A stretch of DNA of 64,000 bases, from positions 1 through 64,000 of the IMG/VR virus record IMGVR_UViG_3300021426_000095. One strand, written 5' to 3'. Each line of letters begins with the position of its first letter. Position 1 is the first letter of the stretch. Made by a program: the position numbers and the translations under genes. Below the pieces are notes generated by a model. It was given only the letters and a program-made list of their open reading frames with translations. It was not told the DNA's origin and searched no databases. Of this stretch, positions 33,320 through 46,283 are shown piece by piece. Origin of the DNA: a virus.

Positions 33320-34417
33320 ATGACAAAAAATTTAGACTATTCACTTAAAACACCAAAAGAAAGAGCTAAGTGCGTTGAAGAAGTCATAGCATCCACTCCT
33401 AAAGAACAATTAACACAAACATATCTTAATTATTTAGGTGATTATATATTGTTTATTAGAGAAAAAGGACAAACAAAAGGACATAACCTTCTTACTAGAA
33501 ATAGAGAAACCGTAATTAAAAAAAGAGAAAAATCATATGAAGATATTGTTAACAGCTTAGAAGGTGGTGAAGATGCTTTTCATAATCTTATAAATAATGA
33601 TAAAAATCAACTATTAGATTATAAAGAAAAAGTATCAGAAGAAGAAGCATTAGCTGATCCAAGATTTCAAGAAAAAATGCGAACTATACAATCTCTTAAA
33701 AAAGCTTTTGATACAACAACTGATAGCTCTAAACGCTTTAAATTAAAACAACAAATCATTGAAACATGACAAGAAATTTATATTATTAAAGCATCATATA
33801 AACAAACAACCACAGGACGACTCTCTCCGCAAATGCGGCAAATGGGACATATAAATTTAGAAGAAAAAATTAAAGTACTTCCAAATGGTAAACTAGATAT
33901 TAAATCAACATTAACTCTTTTAAAACCAGAACATATTTCTTTCTTATTAAATTATTATGCTCAATTAAAAGAAGAAGTAGACGAAGATCTTAATAGCGAT
34001 TTGCGGTGATTACTTGTTGATTTAGAAGATTTAGTTCATAGAACTTTAACTGGACCAGATCAAACAGCAGTAAACAATGAAATTCTCTATGATTTAATTA
34101 TTTGAAAAATAGATGGATTAAAAAATAAAGAAATAGTTGAGCTTATGCGGCAAAGGCATGGCGTAGTTCATTCAGAACAGTATTATTCTACACTTTGACG
34201 TAAAAATATCCCTAATCTTTTAGCAAAACAAGCTCAAAAAGAATGGGTTATTTGGCATTTTTCTCAAGAAGAATATGGACATTGGAAAAAATGTACAAAG
34301 TGCGGCGAATGAAAAGTTGCAAGCCCTTATTTTTATGATCGTTCTCCAATTTCTAAAGATGGCTATTATCCTCAATGTAAGGAGTGTCGTTCTATTCGTA
34401 AAAAGAATAAAAAATAA
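33320..34417 (+). CDS. hypothetical protein (365 aa, C-terminal zinc ribbon) with about 9 in-frame TGA
   Basis: frame-2 reading continues from ATG 33320 through TGAs to TAA 34415-34417; the track shows it as fragments; CTKCGEW...CKEC at the C-terminus. Confidence 0.45.
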
Positions 34418-34431
34418 AGGAGGAAGGATAT

Positions 34432-35643
34432 ATGCCAGAAAGAATTGTTTGTACACAATGCGGCAGGGAAAAAGCAGAAAAAGAATTCTTCATGATGAAA
34501 ACTCATGAACGTTATCCAGTTTGTAAAACCTGTCTTACTATGTATATAGATAATACAGATCCATCTACATTTAAATGGATTCTTGAAAAATTTGATGTGC
34601 CCTATATTGAGCGAGATTGAAAAGAAGAAGCTCAAAATGCTTATGATAAAAATCCCGCAAATTTCTCAGGAGCTTCAGTCATTGGTCGTTATTTGCGGCG
34701 TATGAATATGACACAGTACCGCAATCTTACCTATGCAGATACAGCACGCTTAGCCGCAGAAGAAGAAAAACGTCAACAAGAAGCAGCCGCACGAGTAAGT
34801 TTAGCTAGTGAAGATGAACAAGAAGAATTTATGAATCTTCAAGCTAAACTTGATGCGGGAGAAATTTCTCAAGCTGAATTTGATACTCTCAATCCTCTTA
34901 TGCGGGGAGTAGAAAGACAGCAAGGCCGTAAATATACGTTTGACCAAGAGCAAATAGGTATAAATGAAGATGATATTCTTGCGGAATTAACCGAAGATGA
35001 AAAGAAAATGCTTGCGACCAAATGAGGTATAGTATATAAACCTTCTGAATGAGTTCATATGGAAGAAACATATACCAAATATGCTAATGAATATGAACTT
35101 AATGTAGACCGCGAACTTACTCTTAAACAAATTTGTAAACTTGAATTAAAGATGGATCAAGCTTTAGATGTTGGTGATACAGGAGCATATAAATCATTGC
35201 AGCAATCATATGATGCTCTTCGCAAATCATCTAAATTTACAGAGGTTCAAAATAAAGAAGGCCAAACACGTTATCTTGACTCTATTGGAGAATTAGTGCA
35301 ATTCTGTGAACGTGAAGGTGGATTAATTGATCAATTACCAGACCCAGACGAGTATCCCAAAGATAAAATAGATTTTACAATTAAAGACATGAAAGCATAT
35401 ATTCGTAATCTTGTAACTAATGAACTTGGTCTTGGTGACTTAATTGAATCATATGTCAAAAAACTTGAAGATGCGGAAAGAGAAAAAGAAAAATCTCTTG
35501 ATGTGGGATTATACACATCTATTGAAGAAGAACTTGCGGACCAGGTAACGCCGCAAGAAGAGATAGAATTCCAAGAGTATCTAGACAATGAAGTAGAGGA
35601 AGAAGCTGCTCGTCTCTTGGAAATGCTTGGTGGTGATGTATAA
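34432..35643 (+). CDS. acidic coiled-coil protein (403 aa) with 2 in-frame TGA
   Basis: track ORFs 34432.., 34693.., 35059.. are all in one frame joined by TGA codons. Confidence 0.5.
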
Positions 35644-37400
35644 TGGCATTAAAGGATTTATTATCAGTATCCAATAATCAAATAAAGGATATTGAAATAT
35701 CTGAAGAGTTGTTGCGGCGAGACCTCGACAAATATCGTGAGCTTATCGCATATTGAAGAATGTATCCAGATAGATTAATTGATTATTATTGTAGCTTAAA
35801 TCCAGATAATAGATTTCACTTATTTTTTTATCAAAGATTGTTTCTTCGTTGTCTTATGCGGCATAAGATAGTTTATGCAACATTTGTTCGTGCTTGGTCT
35901 AAATCTTTTATGTCTGTTATGGGATTAATGCTTAAATGTATTCTTTATCCAGGAGCTAAAGTATTCACTGTTGCGGGCGGTAAAGAACAGTCCGCATCTA
36001 TCGTATCATCTAAAATTGATGAAATATGCACTTTAATTCCAGCTATGGAGCGTGAAATTATATGAGATACACGCGGCAAACGAGCTACAACAAGACAAAC
36101 GAAAGATAGTGTAACTTATTCTTTTAAGAATGGTTCTCAATTATCTAACGTTGCGGCGAGTGAGAAAACTCGTGGCGCGCGTTTTCATAGTGGCCTTATG
36201 GAAGAGTGCGTTGGTATTGATCAAGACATATTAAATGAAGTTATTGTTCCTACAATGAATGTTAATCGTATGGTTAATGGTGAAACTGATCCAAAAGAAC
36301 CATTAAATAAATCTCAAGTATTTATTACTACTGCTGGTTATAAAAATACTTATTCATATGAAAAACTTATTCAAATACTTTGTCAAGCTGTTGCACGTCC
36401 AAAAGAAGCAATAGTATTAGGTGGTTCATGAAGAGTCCCTGTTGTTGAAGGTCTCTTGGATCGTGATTTCGTTACTCAATTGCGGCTTGATGGTACATTT
36501 AATGAAGCTGCTTTTGATCGTGAGTATGAATCTCGTTGAACTGGTGACATTGAATCAGCATTCTTTAGTAGTGAAATATTTGATAAACATAGAGTGCTTA
36601 ATCTTGCGGAATATAAACCTAATGGTCGTATGTCTGCAAAAGGTTATTATTTAATGGGTGTTGACGTTGGACGTTTTGGATGTACTACAGAAGCTTGTAT
36701 ATTTAAAGTTACACCAGCTCCATCAGGAGTACCATTAAAACAATTAGTTAATATTTATACTTTTGAAGCAGAGCATTTTGGTTTACAAGCTATTAAACTT
36801 AAGAAATTATTCAATCAATACAAGTGTCGTGCGGCCGTTATTGACGGAAATGGATTGGGTGCAGGTCTTGTAGACTTTCTCGTTACGGATCAAATTGATC
36901 CAGATACAGATGAGGTACTATATAACTGAGGCGTTATAAATGATGAGGATCGTAAATATAAAAAATTTCAAACACCTGAAACAATTTATGATGCTATGTA
37001 TATTATGAAAGCAAATGCTCAATTAAATACTGAGATGTATGCTTATTGTCAATCACAAATGCGGAATGGTAAAATTAAATTTTTAATTCCTGATAATCTT
37101 GCCAAAGATAAATTAATGCAACAGGCACAAGGGAAGAAGATGTCACCAGAACAGCGTGCGAACTATTTACTTCCTTATGTTCAAACGAATATTCTTAAAG
37201 ATCAAATGCTTAATATGATTGAAGAATCTGAGGGCGCCAATATTATTTTAAAACCCGCAAATAAAAAAATTAAACACGATAAATTTTCTGCTTTAATATA
37301 TGGATTATACTATTGTAAATTAGAAGAAGATAAAGGTAAAAAACGTTCTGGCCGCAATATTTCAGATTTTATGATGTATACAAAACCTATTACACATTAA
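35643..37400 (+). CDS. terminase large subunit, 5 in-frame TGA
   Basis: track ORFs 35760, 36198, 36594, 36996 are co-frame with ATG 35643; ATPase-like N-terminal half (VAGGKEQSAS) and nuclease-like C-terminal half (AAVIDGNGLGAGLVDF); sits upstream of the portal gene. Confidence 0.6.
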
Positions 37401-37493
37401 AAAATTTTTTTTAGTATTTTTATCAAAATCTAATAATTCTTACCTCGTAAAATTTATATATATTAGAACGTAAGATGTTGAGGAGGTGGTTAA

Positions 37494-37853
37494 ATGTTAT
37501 CAAGCCAAGGTGAAATTAAAATTCATGAATTTTTAACCTATGGGAATATTCCTTTTGAAGAAGAATATACTTTTGATGATTTAACCGCAGAGAATGGTAA
37601 GCATCTACGTTTTGATTTTTGTTGTTTTGATGATGATGGAAATATTGATTGTCTTATTGAATATAATGGACGTCAACATTATGTACCAGTTAGTAAATTT
37701 GGTGGTAAAAAAGGACTTTTCCGTCAACAACATAATGACGCATTAAAACGAAGATACTGCTTAGAAAATGGATATAGGTTGATAACCATTCCATTTACAG
37801 AAGAAAACCGATTAAGTTATGATTATTTAATGAATCTAATTAACGGTTATTAG
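37494..37853 (+). CDS. DUF559 / PD-(D/E)xK-type endonuclease (freestanding homing-endonuclease candidate)
   Basis: GKHLRFDF...IEYNGRQHY...K pattern; wedged between the terminase and portal genes; RBS gaggaggtgg. Confidence 0.5.
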   Translation: MLSSQGEIKIHEFLTYGNIPFEEEYTFDDLTAENGKHLRFDFCCFDDDGNIDCLIEYNGRQHYVPVSKFGGKKGLFRQQHNDALKRRYCLENGYRLITIPFTEENRLSYDYLMNLINGY

Positions 37854-37863
37854 GAGGTGCGGT

Positions 37864-39447
37864 TTGGCTTTTTATAAAGAAAAGCGTCAACGAGATTTCA
37901 GACTACATACTAGTTCAAGTACCTCCACTCTTGACTTTTCTAAAATTAAAGTAGGAAAAAATACTTTAAATGGTGAGATTGCGACTTTGATTAATTATCA
38001 TAAATCTCCCAATCGTCTTTATGATAAAGAAGCCGTTGAGCGTGCAATTCATAGACGCGATATCAAAGAAATGAGACGTATTTCAAATTATTTCTTTGAA
38101 ACAAGCGGTATCTATTCAAGACTATGTCGATACATGGCTTACCTATACCGATATGACTGAACCGTAACGCCACAGCGATATGATGAAAAAATTAAAGACG
38201 AAAAAGTTATAGAGGGATGGATAAAAGCTAGTAGGTATTTAGAAAAATCTAATCTCAAAAGAAATTTTGGTTTATACGCATTAGATGTTATAAAAAATGG
38301 CTGTTATTATGGATATATTTTAGATAAAGGAACAGCCGCATTCTTACAGGAATTACACCCTGATTATTGTCGTTCTCGTTATGAGATTGATGGTATGCCA
38401 GCGGTTGAATTCAATATAAAGTTTTTTGATGATTTCTTTACTGACAATGTTTATAAACTCCGTGTACTAAAAACATTTCCAAAAGAGTTTCAAAAAGCTT
38501 ATATCGCCTATAAAGAAGGTAAGTTACCAAAAGACTTTAATGGCGATGATAGTGGTTGATTTTTACTCGATCCAGCTAAAGTTGTAAAGTTTTCTCTGTG
38601 TAATAGTGACGCGCCACTATTTATACCTGTGATTCCTGCAATTTTAGACTTGGAGGATGCGAAACAACTAGATAGAGATAAGATGGCACAAGAACTGCTA
38701 AAAATTATTATTCAACAAATGCCGATTGATAAAAATGGTGATTTAATCTTTGATGTTCAAGAAGCAAATGCTTTACATAATAATGCAGTTGCAATGTTAG
38801 GAGATACTATTGGAATTAGTGTTTTAACAACATTTGCAGATGTTGATGTTGCTGACTTATCTGATAGAAGTAATTTGACTTCTGTTGATAAATTAGAAAG
38901 GGTTGAACGATCACTTTATAATGAAGCTGGTGTCAGTCAAAAACAATTTAACACAGATGGTCAAACTGCTTTAGACAAATCGATCGCAAACGATGAAGCT
39001 ACTATGACAGATTTACTATTACAATTTAGTAAATATGCAGAACGATTACTTGCGGCATTTAATAAAAATCCTAAAAGACTTGAGTATACTGTTTATATTT
39101 TACCGACAACAATTTATAATTATAAAGATTTGTCTAAGATGTATAAAGAACAAACTCAAATTGGATTTTCTAAATTATTACCTCAAGTTGCTCTTGGAAT
39201 GTCACAAAGTGAAATTATTGCAACAGCGTGTTTTGAAAATGGTATGCTTGCATTAAATGATCTATTTGTTCCGCCACAAATGTCTTCTACAATGAGTGGA
39301 ACTAAGGCACCCAGCTCAAGTGGAAACAAAACAACAGAAAAAAAAGATGACAACGCCCAGTCAGAAAAATCACAGGGCGGGAGACCAGAAAAGCCAGATG
39401 ACGAAAAGTCTGAAAAGACTATCCGTAATATTGAGGCTTCTGGCTAA
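37864..39447 (+). CDS. portal protein, 2 in-frame TGA
   Basis: 37864 frame is continuous with track ORF 38629..39447 through TGAs at 38158 and 38557; size 527 aa; C-terminal KS-rich acidic tail; position after terminase. Confidence 0.55.
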
Positions 39448-39449
39448 AA

Positions 39450-40805
39450 ATGAGAGTGAGTGATATGTTAAAAAATCAATCAGTTGCTACAATTGCGGCA
39501 CCTGAGTTTCTTAACATTGAACCTTATAATCCTTTAATCTCTCAGTGTGAAATTAAAGTCCTATACGTGGGAGAGAACCGCAACGGTTCTTACATCACGG
39601 AGGATGTTGCTAAAGACATGGCGAATTCTCTCCCCGGCACACCAATTGTTGCAGCTTTTATTAAAGACAAAGATGATTTTGGTGATCATGGACATGTTAT
39701 TACAATTGAAGATGGAGAAATAAAGTTCTCTTGTAAGACTCAACCTTATGGTTTCGTTGCCCCTGATGCAAGAGTCTGGTTCAAAGATTTTATTGATACA
39801 GATGAATTTGGTAATGAAACTGTTCGTAAATACTTAATGACTACTGGATATCTTTGAACAGGACAGTATCCTGAAGTACAAAAGGCTATTGACGAGGGTT
39901 TGCCGCAATCAATGGAATTAGATGAAGCGTCATTAGATGGACACTGGGCTACAAATACAAATTCTGGTGTTGAGTTTTTTATTATTAATGATGCAACTTT
40001 TAGTAAATTATGTATTTTAGGTTCTGATGTTGAGCCTTGTTTTGAAGGTGCATCTGTTACTGAGAAACAAGTAAGCAAAAATTTTACAGTAAAAGACGAA
40101 TTTATGAATACATTATTTACTATGATGAATGAATTAAAAGATGCTTTACAATATAATGAAGGAGGGTCAAGTATGGATCAAACTGCTCTAGAAGTTCAGG
40201 AAGAAACTGCTGAGGAAGTTGAAGTAGAAGAAACTGAATTTAAAGCAGAAGAGTCCCATGCTGACGATGCTGTTTCAACCTCTTTTGCAGATGATGATGA
40301 AGAGGAAGAGACTGGTGAAACCGGTGAAACTGGCGAGACAGGAGAAACTGGTGAGACAGGTTCTGATGAAGAATCAGCAAATAATGATGATGATGAGACT
40401 GAAAAGAGAAAGCCTCGTCAAAATCACGCCCTAGAAGAAATTGAGAGTCAGTTTGCAGCTGTTAAAGCAGAGCTTGAAGCAGCAAAAGCTGAACTTGAAG
40501 CTTTACGTGAATTTAAATTAGGGGTTGAAAATCAGCAAAAGGATGAACTCATTGCTAAATATCATATGCTAAGTGATGAAGCTCGTAAAGAGATTTCTGA
40601 TCATAAGAGTGAATATACAATTGAAGAGATTGAATCTAAACTTGCTCTAGCATTTGTTAAAGAAAATGTTGATTTTAGTGAAGTTGATGGCAAGAAAACT
40701 GAAGATGCTGAAGTTGAGCCAGTAACGACTTTTTCACTAGATGCCGCAGTAGACACTACCGTGTCTCCTGTGCTACAGGCACTTCGTGATGCCAAAAATA
40801 ACTAG
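39450..40805 (+). CDS. prohead protease/scaffold-like protein with (GET)5 repeat, 1 in-frame TGA
   Basis: 39450 and 39900 ORFs are co-frame via TGA 39855; acidic coiled-coil C-terminus; tandem GETGETGETGETGETG. Confidence 0.45.
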
Positions 40806-40834
40806 TTATAATTTTTAGAAGGAGGACAGGAAAT

Positions 40835-41386
40835 ATGTCTATTGCGATTTATCGTAAGAGCTTAGATGGTAAAACAGCAAGCACCGACGATGGCAAAAAG
40901 GGCGTCGTTGAGCCTAATCATCTATCAGCTCCCCGTAATGGCCAAGTCTATGCTCAGTATGAAGCAGTTAATACTATCACTGAGTTAGAAAATGGCATGT
41001 TTGTTAAATATGATGCCACAGATGGTAATCTAAATATGGATAATGCCACTGATGGTCCTTGGTATATGGTTTTTAATGAAGAAAAACTATATGATGAACG
41101 TAAACAGTCACATCGTGATTATTCTATGAAGGCTGTAGATTTTACTGATGGTAAACTAGTTCCTCGTATTTTTGCAGTTCAGCCTGGCGATATTTATACT
41201 ACAAATACACTAGCTGATGCTGCTGCTTATGCTGTTGGAGCTAAACTTTATCCAAATGCTCAGGGTCTACTTTCTAGTACCGTCCCGACTGGTAAGACTG
41301 CTTTTGCTGAAGTAATTAAGGAATACACTCTTCCTGATGCTATTACTCCAGCTGTAAAAATTCGTATTATTGCTGATGCCCAATAA
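40835..41386 (+). CDS. hypothetical head protein
   Basis: strong RBS ggaggacagg; between scaffold and capsid genes. Confidence 0.45.
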   Translation: MSIAIYRKSLDGKTASTDDGKKGVVEPNHLSAPRNGQVYAQYEAVNTITELENGMFVKYDATDGNLNMDNATDGPWYMVFNEEKLYDERKQSHRDYSMKAVDFTDGKLVPRIFAVQPGDIYTTNTLADAAAYAVGAKLYPNAQGLLSSTVPTGKTAFAEVIKEYTLPDAITPAVKIRIIADAQ

Positions 41387-41406
41387 TTTGTGAGAGGAGA
41401 GAAAAC

Positions 41407-42468
41407 ATGGAATTTAGTGATCTAAAGAAACTTTGTGTTGCTGCATTCGGTGCTGAAAAGAACGCTCCTGTTGCTTATTCTTGCGGCGAAGAGAAATATA
41501 CTTCTGCAGAAGTCTCTAAGGCTGTTGCAAAAGAATTCCGTGATCTTTGCGGCTATGTTGAAGGCAAGGGTTGCAGCTATCGTACATTTAAGAAAAATGA
41601 AAATACCATCTTTGAGCTAATTGAAGAAACAATTACAGAGGTTTTACCTCCTCGTGTTGAAGCTCAATATGCTCAATTTGCTGAAGTTAAGACAATTCCG
41701 CAGGGCGATCGTGCGATTTTCCGTTTAAAGGTAACTGATGCTTCCAAGCGTCGTGCTAAGACTTTCGTTACTCGTGCTGGGCTTGCTGGTCGTTATGAAA
41801 CTTTCATGCTTGATGGTAAGGAATTAGAAGTCCAGACAAGTGCCATCGCTGGTGCTGCTCGTATTGGTTTTGAAGAATTCCTTGATGGCCGTTGGGAGTT
41901 CTCTGAGTTTACAACTCTAATCATGGAGGGCATTGACGAGTATATCTATAAGACAATTATGGATGAACTTGCGGCTCTTGCAGCTACCCTACCTGCTAAG
42001 AATAAAGCGACTGCCGCAGGATTCGTAGAAGATGACTTTGACGATCTACTTGCTGCAATTGATACTTATGGCAAGGCCACTATTTATTGCACCCAAGAAT
42101 TTGCTAATAAGATGGTTCCTAGCGACGCCCGTATGAGTGGCGATATGAAGAATCGTCTATGGGATAATGGCTGGCTTGGTAATTATAAGGGTCACAATGT
42201 AGTTGTTTTAGCTCAGTCTTTTACTGATATTGATAATAAAACCAAGGTAGTTAATCCTCAAATCGCTTATATGATTCCTACAGGAACTGAAAAGCCTATT
42301 AAGATTGTCTTTGAGGGTCAAGCTCAAACCCGTTCCGTTGAGGACAATGATGACTGGAGCACAGATCTTCAGACTTATGTAAAGGTTGGCGTTGGTACTA
42401 TTGCTCAACTTGAGGGTAATCACTTTATTGGTGCTTATACTAACTCTTCACTTAGCCAAACTCGCTAA
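41407..42468 (+). CDS. putative major capsid protein
   Basis: 353 aa, no TGA, strong RBS gaggagagaaaac, position after protease/scaffold. Confidence 0.5.
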   Translation: MEFSDLKKLCVAAFGAEKNAPVAYSCGEEKYTSAEVSKAVAKEFRDLCGYVEGKGCSYRTFKKNENTIFELIEETITEVLPPRVEAQYAQFAEVKTIPQGDRAIFRLKVTDASKRRAKTFVTRAGLAGRYETFMLDGKELEVQTSAIAGAARIGFEEFLDGRWEFSEFTTLIMEGIDEYIYKTIMDELAALAATLPAKNKATAAGFVEDDFDDLLAAIDTYGKATIYCTQEFANKMVPSDARMSGDMKNRLWDNGWLGNYKGHNVVVLAQSFTDIDNKTKVVNPQIAYMIPTGTEKPIKIVFEGQAQTRSVEDNDDWSTDLQTYVKVGVGTIAQLEGNHFIGAYTNSSLSQTR

Positions 42469-42550
42469 ATTAATTTAAATTAATATGATCGTTGGGGCAA
42501 CTATTATATTGATGGTTGCCCCACCTTCCAAGAGATACAAGGAGAAAACA

Positions 42551-43108
42551 ATGATTAGAGACGACAAACTTATTCCAGTTCAAAATTTAACAGCAAGTAC
42601 TGTTTCTTATATCATACCTGAGACCAATAATGTTAGACGTTTTTCTGGTCAACAATTACGCAAGGATATTACTGCTGGTGAGCTTAGATCTTTATACGGT
42701 ACTAAGGGCGGTAGAGTGTTAATTGAAGATTATTTAGGTATTAAAGATAAAGAGCTTGCGACAGAGTTTAACATCTCGACCGATGTATTCGAACATGAAT
42801 ATTCCTGGACTCAAAATGAGGTTGATGATGTATTACAGACTGGCTCATTAGATGCTTTAAAGGATGCTTTAGAATTTGGGCCAGAAGGTATTAGACAACT
42901 TATTATAGACAGGGCCGTAGAATTACGTATCCCTGATAACAATAAATTAGCAGTTATTCAAGAATTTACCGGCCGCGATGTTGGCAATATGATTAAATTG
43001 GACAAAGAATTAGAAAATCCAAAAGAAGAAACACCTTCTAGAGGAACTCGTCGTGTCACTTCTAATAAGGCAGATACGCAACAAGGTCAACGTCGTGTAT
43101 CAGAATAA
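42551..43108 (+). CDS. hypothetical structural protein
   Basis: ATG 42551 after aaggagaaaaca. Confidence 0.45.
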   Translation: MIRDDKLIPVQNLTASTVSYIIPETNNVRRFSGQQLRKDITAGELRSLYGTKGGRVLIEDYLGIKDKELATEFNISTDVFEHEYSWTQNEVDDVLQTGSLDALKDALEFGPEGIRQLIIDRAVELRIPDNNKLAVIQEFTGRDVGNMIKLDKELENPKEETPSRGTRRVTSNKADTQQGQRRVSE

Positions 43109-43132
43109 AATTTTATACCAAAGGAGGTTCAA

Positions 43133-43597
43133 ATGGCTACATCCTTTGATACAATGGAGGATTTTTTCCTTGCAGGTATAACTGATGATATGTATATGGA
43201 ATTAACAGAGGATGACACAAAGCCAATATTAGACGAAATTTTAATTGCAGCACTTCCATCCTTTGAATTTCCTAAACAGCCGCAATTGCATAATATAGAT
43301 TTAAAAAATCGTATGTTTACAGTTGATTTAACTAATGAAGAAATGATGATTATTCGTCAATATATGATTGCGGAATGAATTGGTTATCAGCTTGCAACAG
43401 TTGAAAATATACGTCAGAAATATAGCGGTAGTGATTTTAAATTTACTTCTCAAGCTTCTCATATGAAGCAGCTAATTGCTATGAAGCAAGACTATGAAAA
43501 ACATGGATTTCATCTTCAACGACTTTATTGTCGTAGAACTTTAGATGAAGAAGGTAAATATAAAACTACTTTTGATACTATTATGGAGGTTAAATAA
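43133..43597 (+). CDS. hypothetical head-tail joining protein, 1 TGA
   Basis: TGA at 43376; ends with TAA 43595-43597 overlapping the next ATG. Confidence 0.45.
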
Positions 43598-43911
43598 TGA
43601 TAACCATATATAATAGTGAAGTAGATAATTCAACAATAGCTTTTAATCTTAATAGACTTAAAAATCAAATTTTTCATCTTCTACCATCTAATGAAGAAGG
43701 GGAGAATTGATTAAAACCATTGGATACAATTATACTTGAAATTGCGGGATTATCTAATTTATTTCCAGAAGATGTAAAAATATTTGAGTTATTGACTAAA
43801 TTAGAGGGTTTAAAAGCTCAAGGCGAAGAAATTGAATTTCAATGATTTCGTCGTATTATTTTTGAATGTTGTTCTTTAACTCAAAACATTGAGAAACACT
43901 TTAATAGTTAG
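43597..43911 (+). CDS. hypothetical protein, 2 TGA
   Basis: taATGa overlap; ends TAG 43909-43911. Confidence 0.4.
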
Positions 43912-43923
43912 GAGCGGAAAAAT

Positions 43924-44802
43924 ATGTCTTTAAAAACGCTTCAAACTAGGATTGATCATTTAGGAGGAAATAGCTTAAACCGCATAAAACAGCAAAAATT
44001 AAAATCTTTTTATGCGGCTTTACAAAATGATTATAATTCTAGAACTATTTTAACCCCTTTTGGAGAAGAGTTTCAAGCTTTAATTAATGACGATAATACT
44101 AAATCAGATTATGATAAACGATATGTAAGCATTGATTTTGCAGCCAATCTTAATCCTGGAGATGTATTTGAATGTATAGATGATAATACTCATTGAATGG
44201 TATATTTACAGGATTTAGTTGAAATTGCTTATTTTAAATCTGAAATTATTCGTTGTAGATATCAAATTACTATTGATGATACTGATTATTGAATTTATTT
44301 TCAAGGCCCTACAGAAACTGCTGTTCGTTGAAATTTTAAAAGAGATTTAAATTGAAATGATTTAAATTTTTCTGGAACTGTTTATATTAAAAATAATGAA
44401 CAAACAAGAAATTTTTTTAATCGTTTTACTAAATTAAAAATTGATGGGCACACTTGACAAGTTAAAGTTGTTGATGTTTTAACTGTCCCTGGTATTATTG
44501 AACTTGAAGTTCAAGAATATTTTGATAGTCTCACAGAAGATTTGGTTGAAATTAATTATATTGATACCAACAGTGAAATAATAGGCCCGCAACAAGTTTA
44601 TCCATATGAAGAGTATGATTATCAAATTAATGATATTGCAGGAGTATTTAGTATTGATGATCCTACTAAAGCAATTATTATAAATCAACAAAATGGTAAG
44701 TGTAATATTGAAATTATAGCGAGTAAAAAAGGTAAATTTAATCTTATTTATACGACAGAAGAAAATGAATATATTCTGCCTATTGTTATTTTATCTTTAT
44801 AA
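43924..44802 (+). CDS. hypothetical tail/baseplate protein, 6 TGA
   Basis: 43924 and 44542 ORFs are co-frame; TGA sits in aromatic contexts (TDY*IYFQG). Confidence 0.45.
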
Positions 44803-44811
44803 GGAGGAAAG

Positions 44812-45411
44812 ATGCCAACATTAACGAATAGAATGAATCCGAGAGATTTTCAAGCATCTTTTCTTTCTTGTGAAAAAGATATGGAAACAATTATAAATAA
44901 GCTTTTTGTAAAAAGTAAACCTTACAGTGATATTCTTAAACGATTATTAATAATTGATCAGCCAGATTGTCTTGATCCGAGTCAAACAAAATATCAAGAA
45001 TTAATTAATGAATATTCAATTCATAAAATGAAAAATGAAGATTATATCTTAACAGTTCCAAGAATTGAAAAATTAATTCATGACAATTTTAAATCACATA
45101 TATTAATTGAATTTGATGATTTTGTTCCAACAGAAAATAATCATTATAGAGATTGTACTATTTCTTTTACTATAATATGTCCATTAGTTAAATGAGAATT
45201 AGATGATTATAAAATGCGGCACACTCAAATTGCTGGTTATATTGATGGTATTTTAAATAACTGCAAGCTTAGTGGTATTGGCACTCTTCAATTTATGGGA
45301 GCAAGTCAAGTTATTCTTGATGAAGAGCACGGAGGGATGATCATCCGTTATATCGCAACTCATGGTAATGATGATAAAGATAAATTTGAAAAAACATGAC
45401 CTCTCGAATAA
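44812..45411 (+). CDS. hypothetical tail protein, 2 TGA
   Basis: 44812 and 45214 ORFs are co-frame; TAA at 45409. Confidence 0.45.
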
Positions 45412-45423
45412 GGAGGCCTATTT

Positions 45424-46170
45424 ATGAGATTACAAGGAGATCAAATTGCTCTGTTTTTAAGTGGGCAAGATGTCCCAATTGTTGAATGTAATATAGTAAT
45501 TCATCAGCCAACTATTAAACAAATTGCAATTTTTAAAGAAACAAATTTTATTAGTGCGGTACAATTATTTAGTCAAATTGATGATAATATAGCTCGATTA
45601 CGGAAGCTTAACCCATTGACAGAACAATTTTCAGATTTTGAATTATTAATGGCTGTATTAACTCAAGATGATAAAATTAAAAAAAGTATTAATGATTTTT
45701 TTGAATTAATTTTTCCACGATATAAAATAGAAATTCGTGATAAAGATATTTGCTTTTATCAAAATGAGCAAAGAGTTGGAATTATTAATCTTTATAATTA
45801 TAAAATATTTTGTGATACAGTGGATAAATTATTTGGATTGCCGGCAGATAAGAAAAAATATAATCCAGCTAATAAAAAAGCCGAAGAACTTGTAGATAAA
45901 TTTAAAAAACGAGCTGAAATATTAGCAAAACAAAAAGGAAAAAGTGATAATTCTCCTTCTTTATATGGATCATATATTTCTATCCTTTCTGTTGGAATGA
46001 ATCTAGATATGAATATATTATTAAATTACACGCCTTTCCAATTATATGATACATTTGACCGTTATTGGAAAAAAGTTAATAGTGATTTTTATCAAAGAGT
46101 ATCTACGATGCCAATGATGGACGTATCTAAAATGAAAGAGCCAGATAATTGAACTGATAATTTATATTAA
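45424..46170 (+). CDS. hypothetical tail protein, 1 TGA
   Basis: RBS aaggaggcctatt; TAA at 46168. Confidence 0.45.
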
Positions 46171-46283
46171 CAATAATCTGAGACTGCCTATCTCAGTTTA
46201 TTATAAAGGAATAGAATATTGCGCGAGTATTCTATATAACAAGGAAATATTGTATACAACATTTTCTATAAGGAGGAAAAAAT

